From Ranitomeya imitator (Eukaryota), in contig NC_091286.1 in NCBI RefSeq assembly GCF_032444005.1, forward strand, positions 170,004,001 through 170,068,000: a DNA stretch of 64,000 nucleotides, given 5' to 3'. Under the pieces are notes generated by a model that was not told where the DNA came from, made no database searches, and was given only the letters and a program-made list of their open reading frames with translations. This document shows, piece after piece, positions 22,886 to 34,149 of the stretch (position 1 is its first letter; the number at the start of each line of letters is the position of its first letter). The position numbers and the translations under genes were made by a program.

Positions 22886-22922
22886 TGTAAATAGAAGAAA
22901 GATTGAGATTAATTAATCTTAC

Positions 22923-23053
22923 CTTCTTTTTAACTTTTTCCCAATAACTGGAAGTGGCTTGAGGGCCAGTTTCTTTCTGAAATTCTTCATACTTGCCCGA
23001 TCTGTAACTCCATGGATAACAGATTGCCAGGTCCCCTCATGAAGACAAGGGCC
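22923..23053 (-). CDS. SCCPDH: SCCPDH internal coding exon (exon 6 equivalent), GPCLHEGTWQSVIHGVTDRASMKNFRKKLALKPLPVIGKKLKR(R)
   Basis: tgtttag|GGCCCTTGT...AAAAGAAG|gtaaga; 131 nt, phase 0/2, in frame. Aligns with GLSIHDGTWKSAIYGFGDQSNLRKLR...KPVPLIGPKLKRR. Confidence 0.93.
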
Positions 23054-23672
23054 CTAAACAACATAAGTGTGACAAAGCGAATAATGTTATAAGTTGTGCA
23101 GAAATATTGCCACTTGCCATTTCACACCAGTCCCACCCAGCTATGCCAATATGGGCGAAGAATGGGTGGGACAGTGTTTCACTAAGTGACACCTTTCAAA
23201 ATCATGAAAAGTTACGCCACTTTAGTGGGGTAACGTATGCCAGAAATGTGCTCCAGCCCATGATTGGAGTACAATTCTACCAGAGGCGCGTAGCACCTTT
23301 ATAATGAGACAAATTCACCAAGTGGTGTGCGTCTTAATTAGGCACATCATACTCTAGCAGGTATTGGTCCTTTCATGTAAACTGCCAACTTTACTTAATA
23401 CCTTGCTTTCCCAAATCCTTCTGTAACCTGAGCTGTTCTCCTAGTCACATGATATCTAGCGGAGAATTCGAAGACTTCCTGTGAGGTCACGTCAATTTCT
23501 CCCCGATTTCCTGTCTCTGGAATCTGATGCACAATCACAGCAATGTGTCTTGGAGAAGCTCTATGCAGCAGAGCTCATTCATCGCTTCTGTGCATACAGC
23601 TGCAGACACAGCTTTCCCATGTATATGTATGATACACATGTATACACGCTTCTCTATAACCTGTATAATGTA

Positions 23673-24345
23673 CACTACCATTCAAAAGTTTAGGGTCACT
23701 TAGAAATTTCCGTATTTTTGAAAGAAAAGCACAGTTTTTTCCAATGAAGCTAACATTAAATAATTCAGAAATACACTCTTTACATTGTTAATGTAGTAAA
23801 TGACTATTCTAGCTGCAAACGTCTGGTTTGTAATTTAATATCTTCATAGGTGTATAGAGGCCCAATTCCAACAACCATCACTACAGTGTTCTTATGGTAC
23901 TTTGTGTTTGCTGTGTAACAAGGCTAATGGATGATTAGAATGCCCTTGAAAACCCTTGTGCAAGTATGTTAGCACAGCTGAAAACAGTTTGGCTGATTAG
24001 AGAACCTATAAACCTGACCTTCCTTTGAGCCAGTAGAGAATCTGGAGCATTACATTTGTTGGTTCCATTAAACTCTCAAAATGGCTAAAAAATAAGAAGT
24101 TTCATGTGAAACTCGACAGTCTATTCTTTTTCTTAGAAATGAAGGCTATTCCATGCGAGAAATTGCCAAGAAACTGAACATTTCCTACAACGGTGTGCAC
24201 TACTCCCTTCAGAGGAGGGCACAAACAGGCTCTAACCAGAGTAGAAAGAGAAGTTGGCGGCCCCGCTGCACAACTGAGCAACAAATACATTAGAGTCTGT
24301 AGTTTGAGAAATCAGCGCCTCTCAGGTCCTCAACTGGCAGCTTCA
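23673..24345 (+). mobile_element. Tc1-family transposon 5' fragment
   Basis: ta|cactaccattcaaaagtttagggtcac TIR and a transposase N-terminus (LRNEGYSMREIAKKLNISYNGVHYSL). Cut off at the TTAA element; the remainder is absent. Confidence 0.8.
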
Positions 24346-24537
24346 TCAACCCCTTAAGCCCCAAGGGTGGTTTGTACGTTAATTACGGGGCCAATTTTTA
24401 CAATTCTGAACACTGTCCCTTTATGAGGTTATAACTCTGGAACGCTTCAACGGATCCTGATGATTCTGACAATGTTTTCTCGTGACATATTGTACTTCAT
24501 GGTAGTGGTAAAATTTCTTTGATATTACCTCCATTTA

Positions 24538-25636
24538 CCATATATACTCGAGTATAAGCCGAGATTTTCAGCCCATTTTTTGGGGCTGAAAGTCCCCCTC
24601 TCGGCTTATACTCGAGTCATATACCCGGGTGTCAGCAGGGGAGGGGGAGCGGGGGCTGTGTAGTCATACTTACCTGCTGCGGCGCGGTCCCTGCAGTCCC
24701 TGGCTTCTCCGGCGCTGCAGATTCTTCCTGTACTGAGCGGTCACATGGCACCGCTCATTACAGAAATGAATAGGCGGCTCCACCCCCATAGGGGAGGAGC
24801 CGCATATTCATTGCTGTAAATGATCGGTGCCATGTGACCGCTCAATTACAGGAAGAAGCTGCAGCGCCGGAGAAGCCAGGGACTGCAGGGACCGCGCCGC
24901 AGCAGGTACGGGGAGCGCAGTACTATAATTACCTGCTCCTCGCTCCGGTGCGGCTCCGTCTGCAGCGTCCTCTAGCAGTGACGCTCAGGTTAGAGGGCGC
25001 TGTGACGTAGTCAGTGCGCGCCCTCTGCTGAGCGTCAGTGCTGGAGACGGAGCCGCACGAGGAGCAGGTAATTATTGAAAGCGCCGGCGTCCTGAGAAGA
25101 GAGGTGAGTATGTGATTTTTTTTTTTTATTGCAGCCGCATTCTATATGGCACAGCATTATAAGGAACATCTATGGGGCCATAATCAAAGGTGCAGAGCAT
25201 ATATGGCACAGCATTATAAGGAGCATCTATGGGGCCATAATCAAAGGTGCAGAGCATATATGGCACAGCTTTATAAGGAGCACCTATGGGGCCATAATCA
25301 AAGGTGCAGAGCATATATGGCACAGCTTTATAAGGAGCATCTATGGGGCCATAATCAACGGTGCAGAGCATTATATATGGCACAGCTTTATAAGGAGCAT
25401 CTATAGGGCCATAATGAACGGTGCAGAGCATTCTATATAGCACAGTTGTATATGGAGCATCTATGGGGCAATAATGAACGGTATGGAGCATCTATTTTTA
25501 TTTTTGAAATTCACCGGTAGCTGCTGCATTTTCTACCCTAGGCTTATACTCGAGTCAATAAGTTTTCCCAGTTTTTTGTGGCAAAATTAGGGGGGTCGGC
25601 TTATACTCGGGTCGGCTTACACTCGAGTATATACGG
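24538..25636. mobile_element. TA-flanked non-autonomous DNA transposon (Tc1/mariner/pogo-type by TSD) with a 57-bp minisatellite at about 25143-25490
   Basis: TIRs ccatatatactcgagtataagccga / cggcttacactcgagtatatacgg with TA on both sides; host element sequence resumes after it. Confidence 0.8.
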
Positions 25637-26326
25637 TATTTATGAAAAAAACGGAAATTTGGTGAAAATTTTGAACATTTCGCAATTTTCCAACTTTGAA
25701 TTTTTATGCCCTTAAATCACAGAGATATGTCACACAAAATACTTAATAAGTAACATTTCCCACGTTTACTTTACATCAGCACAATTTTGGAACCAAAATT
25801 TTTTTTGTTAGGGAGTTATAAGGGTTAACAGCTGACCAGCAATTTCTCATTTTTACAACACCATTTTTTTTTAGGGACCACATCACGTTTGAAGTAATTT
25901 TGAGGGGTCTATATGATAGAAAATAACCAAGTGTGACACCATTCTAAAAACTGCACCCCTCAAGGTGCTCAAAACCACATTCAAGAAGTTTATTAAGCCT
26001 TCAGGGGTTTCACATTGATTTTTGGAATGTTTTAAAAAAATGAACATTTAACTGTTTTTCACAAAAAATTTACTTGAGCTCCAATTTGTTTTATTTTCCC
26101 AAGGGTAACAATAGAAATTGGATCCCAAAAGTTGTTGTGCAATTTGTCCTGAGTACGCTGATACCCCATATGTGGGGGTAAACCACTGTTTGGACGCACG
26201 GCAGAGCTCGGAAGGGAAGGAGCACAGATTTACTTTTTCAACGCAGAATTGTATGGATTGAGATCGGACGTCATGTTGCGTTTACAGAGCCCCTGGTGTG
26301 CCTAAACAGTGGAGACCTCCCAATTA

Positions 26327-26625
26327 TAACTCCAACCCTAACCCCAACACACCCCTAACCCTAATCCCAACCCTAACCACACCCCTAACCCCAACACACC
26401 CCTAAGTCTAATCCCAACCCCAACACACTCCTAACCCTAATCCCAACCCTAACCATACCCCTAACCCTGACACACCCCTAACCCAACCGTAAACGTAATC
26501 CAAACCCTAACCCCAACTCTAGCCCCAACCCTAACTTTAGCCCAACCCTAACCCTAACTTTAGCCCCAACTCTAACTCTAACTTTAGACCCTAACCCTAA
26601 CTTTAGCCTCAACCCTCACCCTAAT
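26327..26625 (-). repeat. Degenerate telomere-like array (CCCTAA variants on the plus strand)
   Basis: Directly visible. Confidence 0.9.
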
Positions 26626-28297
26626 GGGAAAATGGAAATAAATACTTTTTTTTATTTTATTATTTTTCCCTAACTAAGGTAGTGATAAAGGGGGGTTTGA
26701 TTTACTATTTATAGCGGGTTTTTATGTTTGGTAGCTGTCACACACTAAAAGATGCTTTTTATTGTAAAAAATATTTTTTGCGTTACCACATTCTGAGAGC
26801 TATAGTTTTTCCATATTTTGGTCCACAGAGTCATGTGAGGTTTTGCTTTTTGTGGGACGAGTTGACGTTTTTATTGGTACAATGACATTTTTTGATCGCT
26901 TTTTATTCAGATTTTTGTTAGGCAGAATGAACAAAAACCAGCAATTTGTGAATTTCTTTTGGGTGGGGGCGTTTATACCGTTCCGCGTTTGGTAAAATTG
27001 ATAAAGCAATTTTATTCTTTGGGTCAGTACAATTACAGCGATACCTCATTTATATAATTTTTTTATGTTTCAGCGCTTTTATACAATAAAATCTATTTTA
27101 TAGAAAAAATTATTATTTTTGCATCGCTTTATTCTGAGGGCTACAACTTTATTTTTCTGTTGATTACACTGTATGGCGGCTCGTTTTTTGCTGGACAAGA
27201 TGACTTTTTCGGTGGTACCGTGTTTATTGATATCCGTCTTTTTGATAGCGTGTTATTCCACTTTTTGTTTGACAATATGATGATAAAGCATTGTTTTTTA
27301 CCTCTTTTTTTTTTACGGTGTTCACTGAAGGGGTTAACTAGTGGGACACTTTTATAGGTCGGGTAGTTACGGACGCGGCGATACTAAATATGTGTACTTT
27401 TACTTTAGTTTTTTTGTTATTTACATAAAGAAATTTATTGGAATATCTTTTTTTTTTTTATTTAGGATTTTTCTTTTCTTTTTACACATGTAAATATTTT
27501 TTTTTTAAACTTTTTTCTACTTTGTCCCAGGGTTGGACATAATGCTATGGTGTCAGATCGCTGATCTGACACTTTGCACAGCACTGTGTCAGATCAGCGA
27601 TCTGATAGGCAGTGCTGCAGGCTTGCCGGCACCTGTTCTCAGGCCACCTCCCTGCAGGACCCGGAAGGAGCCGTACATGCATTTTGGATCCAGGGCCTGA
27701 AGGGAGGAGACGCCCGGAACAATGCGATCACATCGCGTTGTTCCAAGGGTCTCAGGGAAGCACGCAGGAAGCCCCCTCCCTGCGCAATGCTTTCCTATGC
27801 TGCTGGAACGCTGCGATCAAGTTTGATCGCAGTGTTCCGGGGGTTAATGTGCCAGGAGCGGTCTGTGACCTCTCCTGGCACATAGTGCCGTATGTCAGCT
27901 GTGATAATCATCTGACACACGGCCACGATCGGCCATGCTCCCCCTGTCAGCACGGCTGATCGGTGATGACGTTCTATCCCGTCGGTAGTCATAGGGGCCC
28001 AGACCACCTCCACGGGATAGTACATCTAATGTCAGAAAGGGGTTAATCTATTCCATGGTACACAATGACTCACTGATAACAGTATGCTACTGACAGAGGA
28101 GGGACTTGCAGCTCATTGGCTCCTATGCAAAAGCTCCAAATTATTGCAAGCCTTTAATAGCATTGATTATTTTATATAGGCAAAAGGGACTTTTGGGGCC
28201 CCCTAAACTCCAGGGCTTGGGTGGGATTGCAACCCCTGCACCCATTGTAGTTACGCCCTTGGCTACTAATGTTTATTTCACCAAGAATTAAACTAAC

Positions 28298-28347
28298 CTC
28301 TGGTCCAGACTTTACAGACAAAAAACCTTCTACAGCTGTCAAGGTAC
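28298..28347 (-). CDS. SCCPDH: SCCPDH internal coding exon (exon 5 equivalent), (G)TLTAVEGFLSVKSGPE
   Basis: ctaatttttag|GTACCTTGACA...CCAGAG|gttagt; 50 nt, phase 1/0, in frame with the previous exon. Matches TLTAVESFLTIHSGPE. Too short for the ORF track; found by manual scan. Confidence 0.93.
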
Positions 28348-30394
28348 CTAAAAATTAGAAAGAAATAAACAAATAAAGTATTTTCCTTGAATCTTCCCAT
28401 CCACATAAAACTAACAATGAACCATAAAATGTGTGTGACTATTATTATGAAAATCCTTAGGCCAGGCTCACATGCAGTGTTTCACAGCTTTTTAAATACA
28501 AATAAAATTTCGGAAATCTCATGTACACACTTTATTTTTCCTGACTGAATTTAAGAACTGCAGAGATTTTGAGAACGTTGAAAAAATACGAGGTTTGAAC
28601 ACAGCATTTTTACTTCCAATATAGCGGGGAAAAAAGCAGCAAAAATGCTGCATATGAACATAGCCTTATTGTCTATGCTACATGGCTGTCGCACTCAGAT
28701 TGTACTCATAGATTTTAATTAAAACATTAACTTTAATTAAGGATATGAATAACAAGAATAACAAATATCTATATATAATAATCGCCAGTTGGGACTTCCG
28801 GCCGCTGTCCCCGAATCCCATAAGGCACTGCGGCAGTGTCACTTGCGCCTGCGCAAGTGACATACATATCTCCGCTATTCCCACACATGCGCAATAAAAG
28901 CCACAACTGCGCGCTCTACCCGTGCATACGAGCTGTTACTGCGCCTGCGTGGGGAATAGCGGTGACGTCTATGTTAATTTTACCGCACTCCCAATGCGAC
29001 AGCATCAGGCCTATTTCTAGTATACAATAAGAAAGGGTAAAGTCTATATCGGATATTGCTAGGATATAAGGAGGTTCCAGTAATACAAAAAGAAAATGTT
29101 TAAAGTCGATGTGCAGAAATTAGGTTGATAAAAAACAAGGTCCTGATCAATATATTTGTCGCCTATGTACAAGGTCCTCATAAATAAATATAATCTACCG
29201 GTATTTATCCCGATAGCACATACTTTACAGTAAAGGACAGTGACAACAAGAGTTACTGGAAAATCAGTATCATACACTGGACCCTATGCCAAAATATGGA
29301 ACTGGCAACCATCTATTCAAAATTTAGTTGAAGTTTCCAGGGTGATGGTACAGATATTTGTTATGGCATTAACCCCTTCCTATCATGCTATTTTAAGATT
29401 TTATTCTTTCATCTGCTTTCAACAGCCTTAACTTTATTTTTATTGTTCTGTCCACATAGGGGCTTTTTTTAGGGGAACAAGTTGTACTTTTGAATGACAC
29501 TATTTATTATATCATCTGACATTCTCAAAACTTGGATAAAATTCCAAGTGCGACAAAATTGATAATAAAGTGCAATTATAATTTTTTTTTATTTACCATG
29601 TGATTCTGGTGTTTAGATTTTTTTCTCATTATGCCGTTTACAGAGTGGATAATTAATTTTATATTTTGATTGACTGAACTTTCATGATTGTAATGATTAC
29701 ATGTAATTTTTTAATTCTTAATAGCCCTCCATACCAGCAATGCCTGCCAAAGGTAGACCTCTGCCTCCCACACCACAAAACAGAAGATGACCAGTGTTAC
29801 TTTGTGTAGTAACTCTGCAATGCTTCAACATATTCAATTGATTTTGAGCCTGTTTTTTCATGACACATCATACTTTATGATAATGATAAATTTAGGCTGA
29901 TATTTCTATAAATAAATGCAAAACATATCAGAAATTTTACAAAAATGTAAAAAAATAAGCAATTTTCAAACTCTGAATGGTTAGCCCATTAATCCAGATA
30001 GTCAAACACATTAATGAACAGTGTTGAGCCACCTTCCTAGTGTTTGGGTTCAGTTCAATAACTGGCATGTGAACGACGAATGTTCGTCGAACGTTCGACG
30101 AACCCCATTGAAACCAATGGCAGGCAAACACAAACACATACAAACACATAGAAAACACATAGAAAACACCTTAAAAGGTGTCCAAAAGCTGACAAACTGC
30201 TCAGAAGACACAGCAAACACATAGAAAAGTCACAACTACATATAGTCATGCGAAAAGAAAAGAGGTGGAGGAGTAAAAGGAGGAGGAGACACAGATATAG
30301 GCATGTGATGCCCTTCTAAAATCAAGAAAGGCTGGAGTAAAAATCTAAAATCACTCTACCAACACCCAGACGTCTTGACAAAAAAAAATAAAAA

Positions 30395-30890
30395 AAGAAA
30401 TATCTTTAGGTAGAATGGCGGCAAGTCCATTCAGAACACTTTCCTTAGAAGACGTAGTGGTACCCCCGTTGGGAGTTGTGCCAAAAAATGAACCCAATAC
30501 ATTCAGACTAATCCACCATTTGTCATATCCAAGGGGCAGGTCAGTAAACGACAACATCGATGCAGAACCAAATACAGTACTATGTACTGTACCTCCTTTG
30601 ACGAGGCAATCAGGCGGGTCAAGAAGTTGGTAAGGGGCACCCTAATGGCCAAAACAGACATTGAGGTGGCGTTCCGGTTACTACCTGTGCCTCCGAATAG
30701 TGTCCTCCCATTGAGCTGCTTCTGTGAAGGAGCATACTATATAGATTGCTGTTTTCCCATGGGGTGCTCCATATCCTGCTCACTATTTGAGGCGTTTAGT
30801 TGCTTCCTCGAATGTGTCGTCATGGACATTTGTAAGGCGGCACATATTATCCATTACCTCGACGACTTCTTATGCCTGGGCCCAAAAGAT
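30395..30890 (+). pseudogene. Ngaro-type (DIRS order) reverse transcriptase fragment
   Basis: KEISLGRMA, PLGVVPK, FRLIHHLSYPRGRSVND, SFDEA, MAKTDIEVAFRLLPV, PMGCSISC and HYLDDFL; one frameshift near 30585. Confidence 0.82.
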
Positions 30891-30995
30891 TTGCCACAGT
30901 GTGAAAACACGCAGTAGTCCACCTGTGAGAAGGAGAGAGAGCTGGAGGGAGAGTGGACACCCCAGAGCCGAGGGGTTAGATTGAGAAAGAAAGAA

Positions 30996-31569
30996 GGCGG
31001 TGTAGCTTGCTTCATGGGTGGGGTACTCTGCTGAGTAGCAGAAATTGCTACTAGGCCCAAAAGGATTTCCTGGGCCAGATGCCGTTAAAAAATAGTAGTT
31101 AGGTAAACAGGCGGTGTAGCTTGCTTCACGGGTGAAGTACGCTGCTGAGTAGCACCAAATTCTACTAGGCCCAAAAGGATTTCCTGGGCTAGATGCCGTT
31201 ACAAAATAGTAGTTAGGTAAAGAGGCGGTGTAGCTTGCTTCATGGGTGGGATACGCTGCTGAGTAGCACCAAATTCTACTAGGCCCAAAAGGATTTCCTG
31301 AGCTAGATGCCTTTACAAAATAGTAGTTAGGTAAACAGGCAGTGTAGCTTGCTTCATGGGTGGGGTACGCTTCTGAGTAGCACTAAATTCTACTAGGCCC
31401 AAAAGGATTTCCTGGGCTAGATGCCGTTACAAAATAGTAGTTAGGTAAACAGGCGATGTAGCTTGCTTCATGGGTGGGGTACACTGCTGAGTAGCACTAA
31501 ATTCTACTAGGCCCAAAAGGATTTCCTGGGACAGATGCCGTTAAAAATAGTACTTAGGTAAACAGGCGG
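30996..31569. repeat. Five tandem 114-bp units in the hAT subterminal region
   Basis: Unit starts (ggcggtgtagc and variants) at 30996, 31110, 31224, 31338 and 31452, plus a partial unit at 31565. Confidence 0.93.
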
Positions 31570-31841
31570 TGGGTGGCTGTGCTACTCTGCTGACTAGCAG
31601 ACACTGAAGCTTTGGAGCAGACCTCTGAATCCCAGGCCATAGTATGAGTAAACAACTCTGCAGACAACCCCACCCACCTGGAATTGACGATGGCAACATC
31701 ATGTAAAACTCAGCAAGGGGACTAAATAAAGAGTCTCCATTTTTTCCCAAAATTCGGCCACAGACACCACTTAAGTGGCATCAATTTCGCCAGAGTTTTT
31801 TAAAACAGTTGGTGAGGTGATTTTCAAAAATCATCAAGCTT

Positions 31842-34132
31842 TTAGTCTCCCCAAGACGACACATGGGTAGAAAAGTCCTTGCGGATCCAGGATTTCTTCA
31901 TCTTGATGAACGTTAGTCTGTCTACATCGTCACTGAACAGCCACCTGCGCTTATCTGTCAGCACACCACCAGCAGCGCTAACTTGGAGATACTCTTGTAC
32001 CATCCTCTCTAGGCGTTAGCTGTACGTCAGACTTCTTGTCTCCTGTGGCCTTGGATGGTCTAAAAAAAAATCTTGAAACGATTGGAAAAAATTGCTGTTA
32101 CCACCAGATACGATGTTACTGTTACGGTTTGAGTGATGACTCGATAGTCCCATGGTTGGCAAGTTAGAACTCAGAAAGTGACTACGTGCACCACTGGTGT
32201 TTTGTGGAAAAGCAGATGTTAGATTCTCTAACTGTCTCTGCTGATAGTCCTGCATGCGTGAATCCCTTTCTATGGCATGAATTATTTCGCCATTTACTTT
32301 TGTAGCGGGGATCTAAGAGTGTGGCAACCCAGTAGTCAGCATTACTTCAGATTCTGACAATCCGAGGGTCATGTTGAAGGTATCGCAGCAAGAAGGCACT
32401 CATGTGTCTTGCGCATCCAGGAGGACCAAGTCCTTGTTGTCTTGGTGGTGGCGAAGTGAGAATCATGCTTCCTTCGTCTGCCCTCTCCCCCAACCTCGCA
32501 CAACAGAAATGTGATCAAGGTCTCCCTCATCTGATGAGTCTTCTATGCCCAGCGCCAGTTCGTCCTCCACTTCTTCCTCGCCTCCTGCACCTTCCTCAAC
32601 AGTTTGGCTGCTACCATGCGCCCTCGGTAATCCCTCTCCCCCAGCCTCCAATGCCAGCCGCCTTGGTGCTGCCAACCTTCTTGACCTTGGAGATCTTATC
32701 CCTTCCGCATACGACTCCTTCTGTTCCTCCTCCCCCTCTTGTTCCACCACCTGACTCCGAACACTGTTTAAGGTGTGCTCCAGCATGTAAATCACCGGAA
32801 TGGTCATGCTGATAATGGCATCGTCAGCACTAAACATCTTCGTTGCTATTTCAAAACTGTGCAGAAGGGTGCATAGGTCCCTGATCTGAGACCACTCCTG
32901 CAGTGTGATTTGCCCCACCTCTTGATCTCTTTGGCCCAGGCTATACGTCATAACGTATTGCACCAGGGCTCGTCGTTGCTGCCACAGTCGCTGCAACATG
33001 TACAGAGTTGAATTCCACCGTGTGGGCACATCGCATTTCAGCCGGTGAACTAGCAGGCCCAACGACTTCTGTAGAGATGTAAGTGGTTGAGCTGCGGGAT
33101 GCGAACAGCGGAAGTGAGCACACAGCCACCGTGCCCTCTCCAGAAGCCCATCGAGTCCGGGATAGTGGGATAAAAATTGCTGGACAACCAGGTTCAAAAC
33201 GTGAGCCATACAAGGCACGTGTGTGACATTGCCCCGGCGAAGGGCCGCACTCAGGTTTGCAGCATTGTCGCACACAGCCTTCCCTGGCTGCAGGTTGAGT
33301 GGAGACAACCATTGATGGAACTTGGTCTCTAGAGCTGACCACAATTCCTCAGCTGTGTGAGTCACATTTCCCAGACATTTCAATGTAAACACTGCCTGAT
33401 GCCGTTGAGCCCTGGTGACAGCATAGTGAGGAGGTGTGCAGGATTCTGCGGGTGGCATTACCAGACAGGCTTTGGGTGCAGGTGGAGGACCGAGAGGAGG
33501 TTGAGGAGGCAGAAGCAGTGGAGGAACTTCTAGATACAGAGGATCAACGAGCAACTCATGGGGACGGCAAGACTTGGACAGCAGCCCCTTCTCCTGATGT
33601 CGCCGTAGTTACCCAGTGCCCAGTCACCAACATGTAACGCCACTGACCATGTCTACTCGTCCAAGTGTCTGTGGTGAAATGCACCCTGTCACACACAGAG
33701 TTTCTCAAGAAAGCTGTGATGTGTGCGACATGCTGGTGTAGCGCAGGCACAGCTTTCTTTGAGAAGTAGTGGCGACTGGGCATCTGGTACGGGGGCACTG
33801 CGACTGACAAAGTCTCGAAAATCCTCTGTGTCCACGAGGCGGAAAGGCAGCATTTCTGTAGCCAACAGCTTGCAGATGGAGAAATTCAACCTCTTAGCTT
33901 TGTCATGGCTAGGAGGAAATGGTCTTTTACTTGTCCACATCTGAGGGACTGAGGGCTGGCTGCCGTGCTTATACGGAGTTGAGTAGGGTGTCCCCGGCAA
34001 ACTGCTGGTTTGTGAGGAAGGTGCAGGCGGAGATGTTATGTTGCCTTGATCAAAATGTGGTGTCGATGTCGGAGAGCGCTCAACAACAGCAGGTGTTTCC
34101 ACTTGCAAATGTCCTGACGACCTGCCAATCAC
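31842..34132 (-). pseudogene. hAT (ZBED-like) transposase, frameshifted and internally deleted
   Basis: LATEMLPFRLV, HFTTDTWTS, VCDNAANL, CMAHVLNL, DVPTRWNSTL and the dimerisation tail SAAGGVLTDKR...DRLTFIKM ending in TAA at 31842-31844. Confidence 0.9.
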
Positions 34133-34149
34133 ACTGGCTGTTGCGGGTT

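Larger units (their letters stand above)
24350..28042 (-). mobile_element. Second copy of the non-autonomous TTAA/piggyBac-like element, reverse orientation
   Basis: Termini (tcaa)CCCCTT...AAGGGG(ttaa); reverse-complement similarity to 2738-6957; C-rich telomere-like array at 26327-26625. Confidence 0.82.
30020..34146 (-). mobile_element. hAT DNA transposon, 5'-truncated and decayed
   Basis: Terminus agtgttgagc near 30020, subterminal repeats and transposase remnants; the other end abuts an L1. Boundaries approximate. Confidence 0.7.

Noticed and set aside
25126-25491. ORFs with 19-aa repeats
   Set aside because: Products of a 57-bp minisatellite.
30996-31569. CRISPR-like regular repeats
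   Set aside because: Contiguous 114-bp tandem units with no unique spacers, no cas genes and a eukaryotic context.
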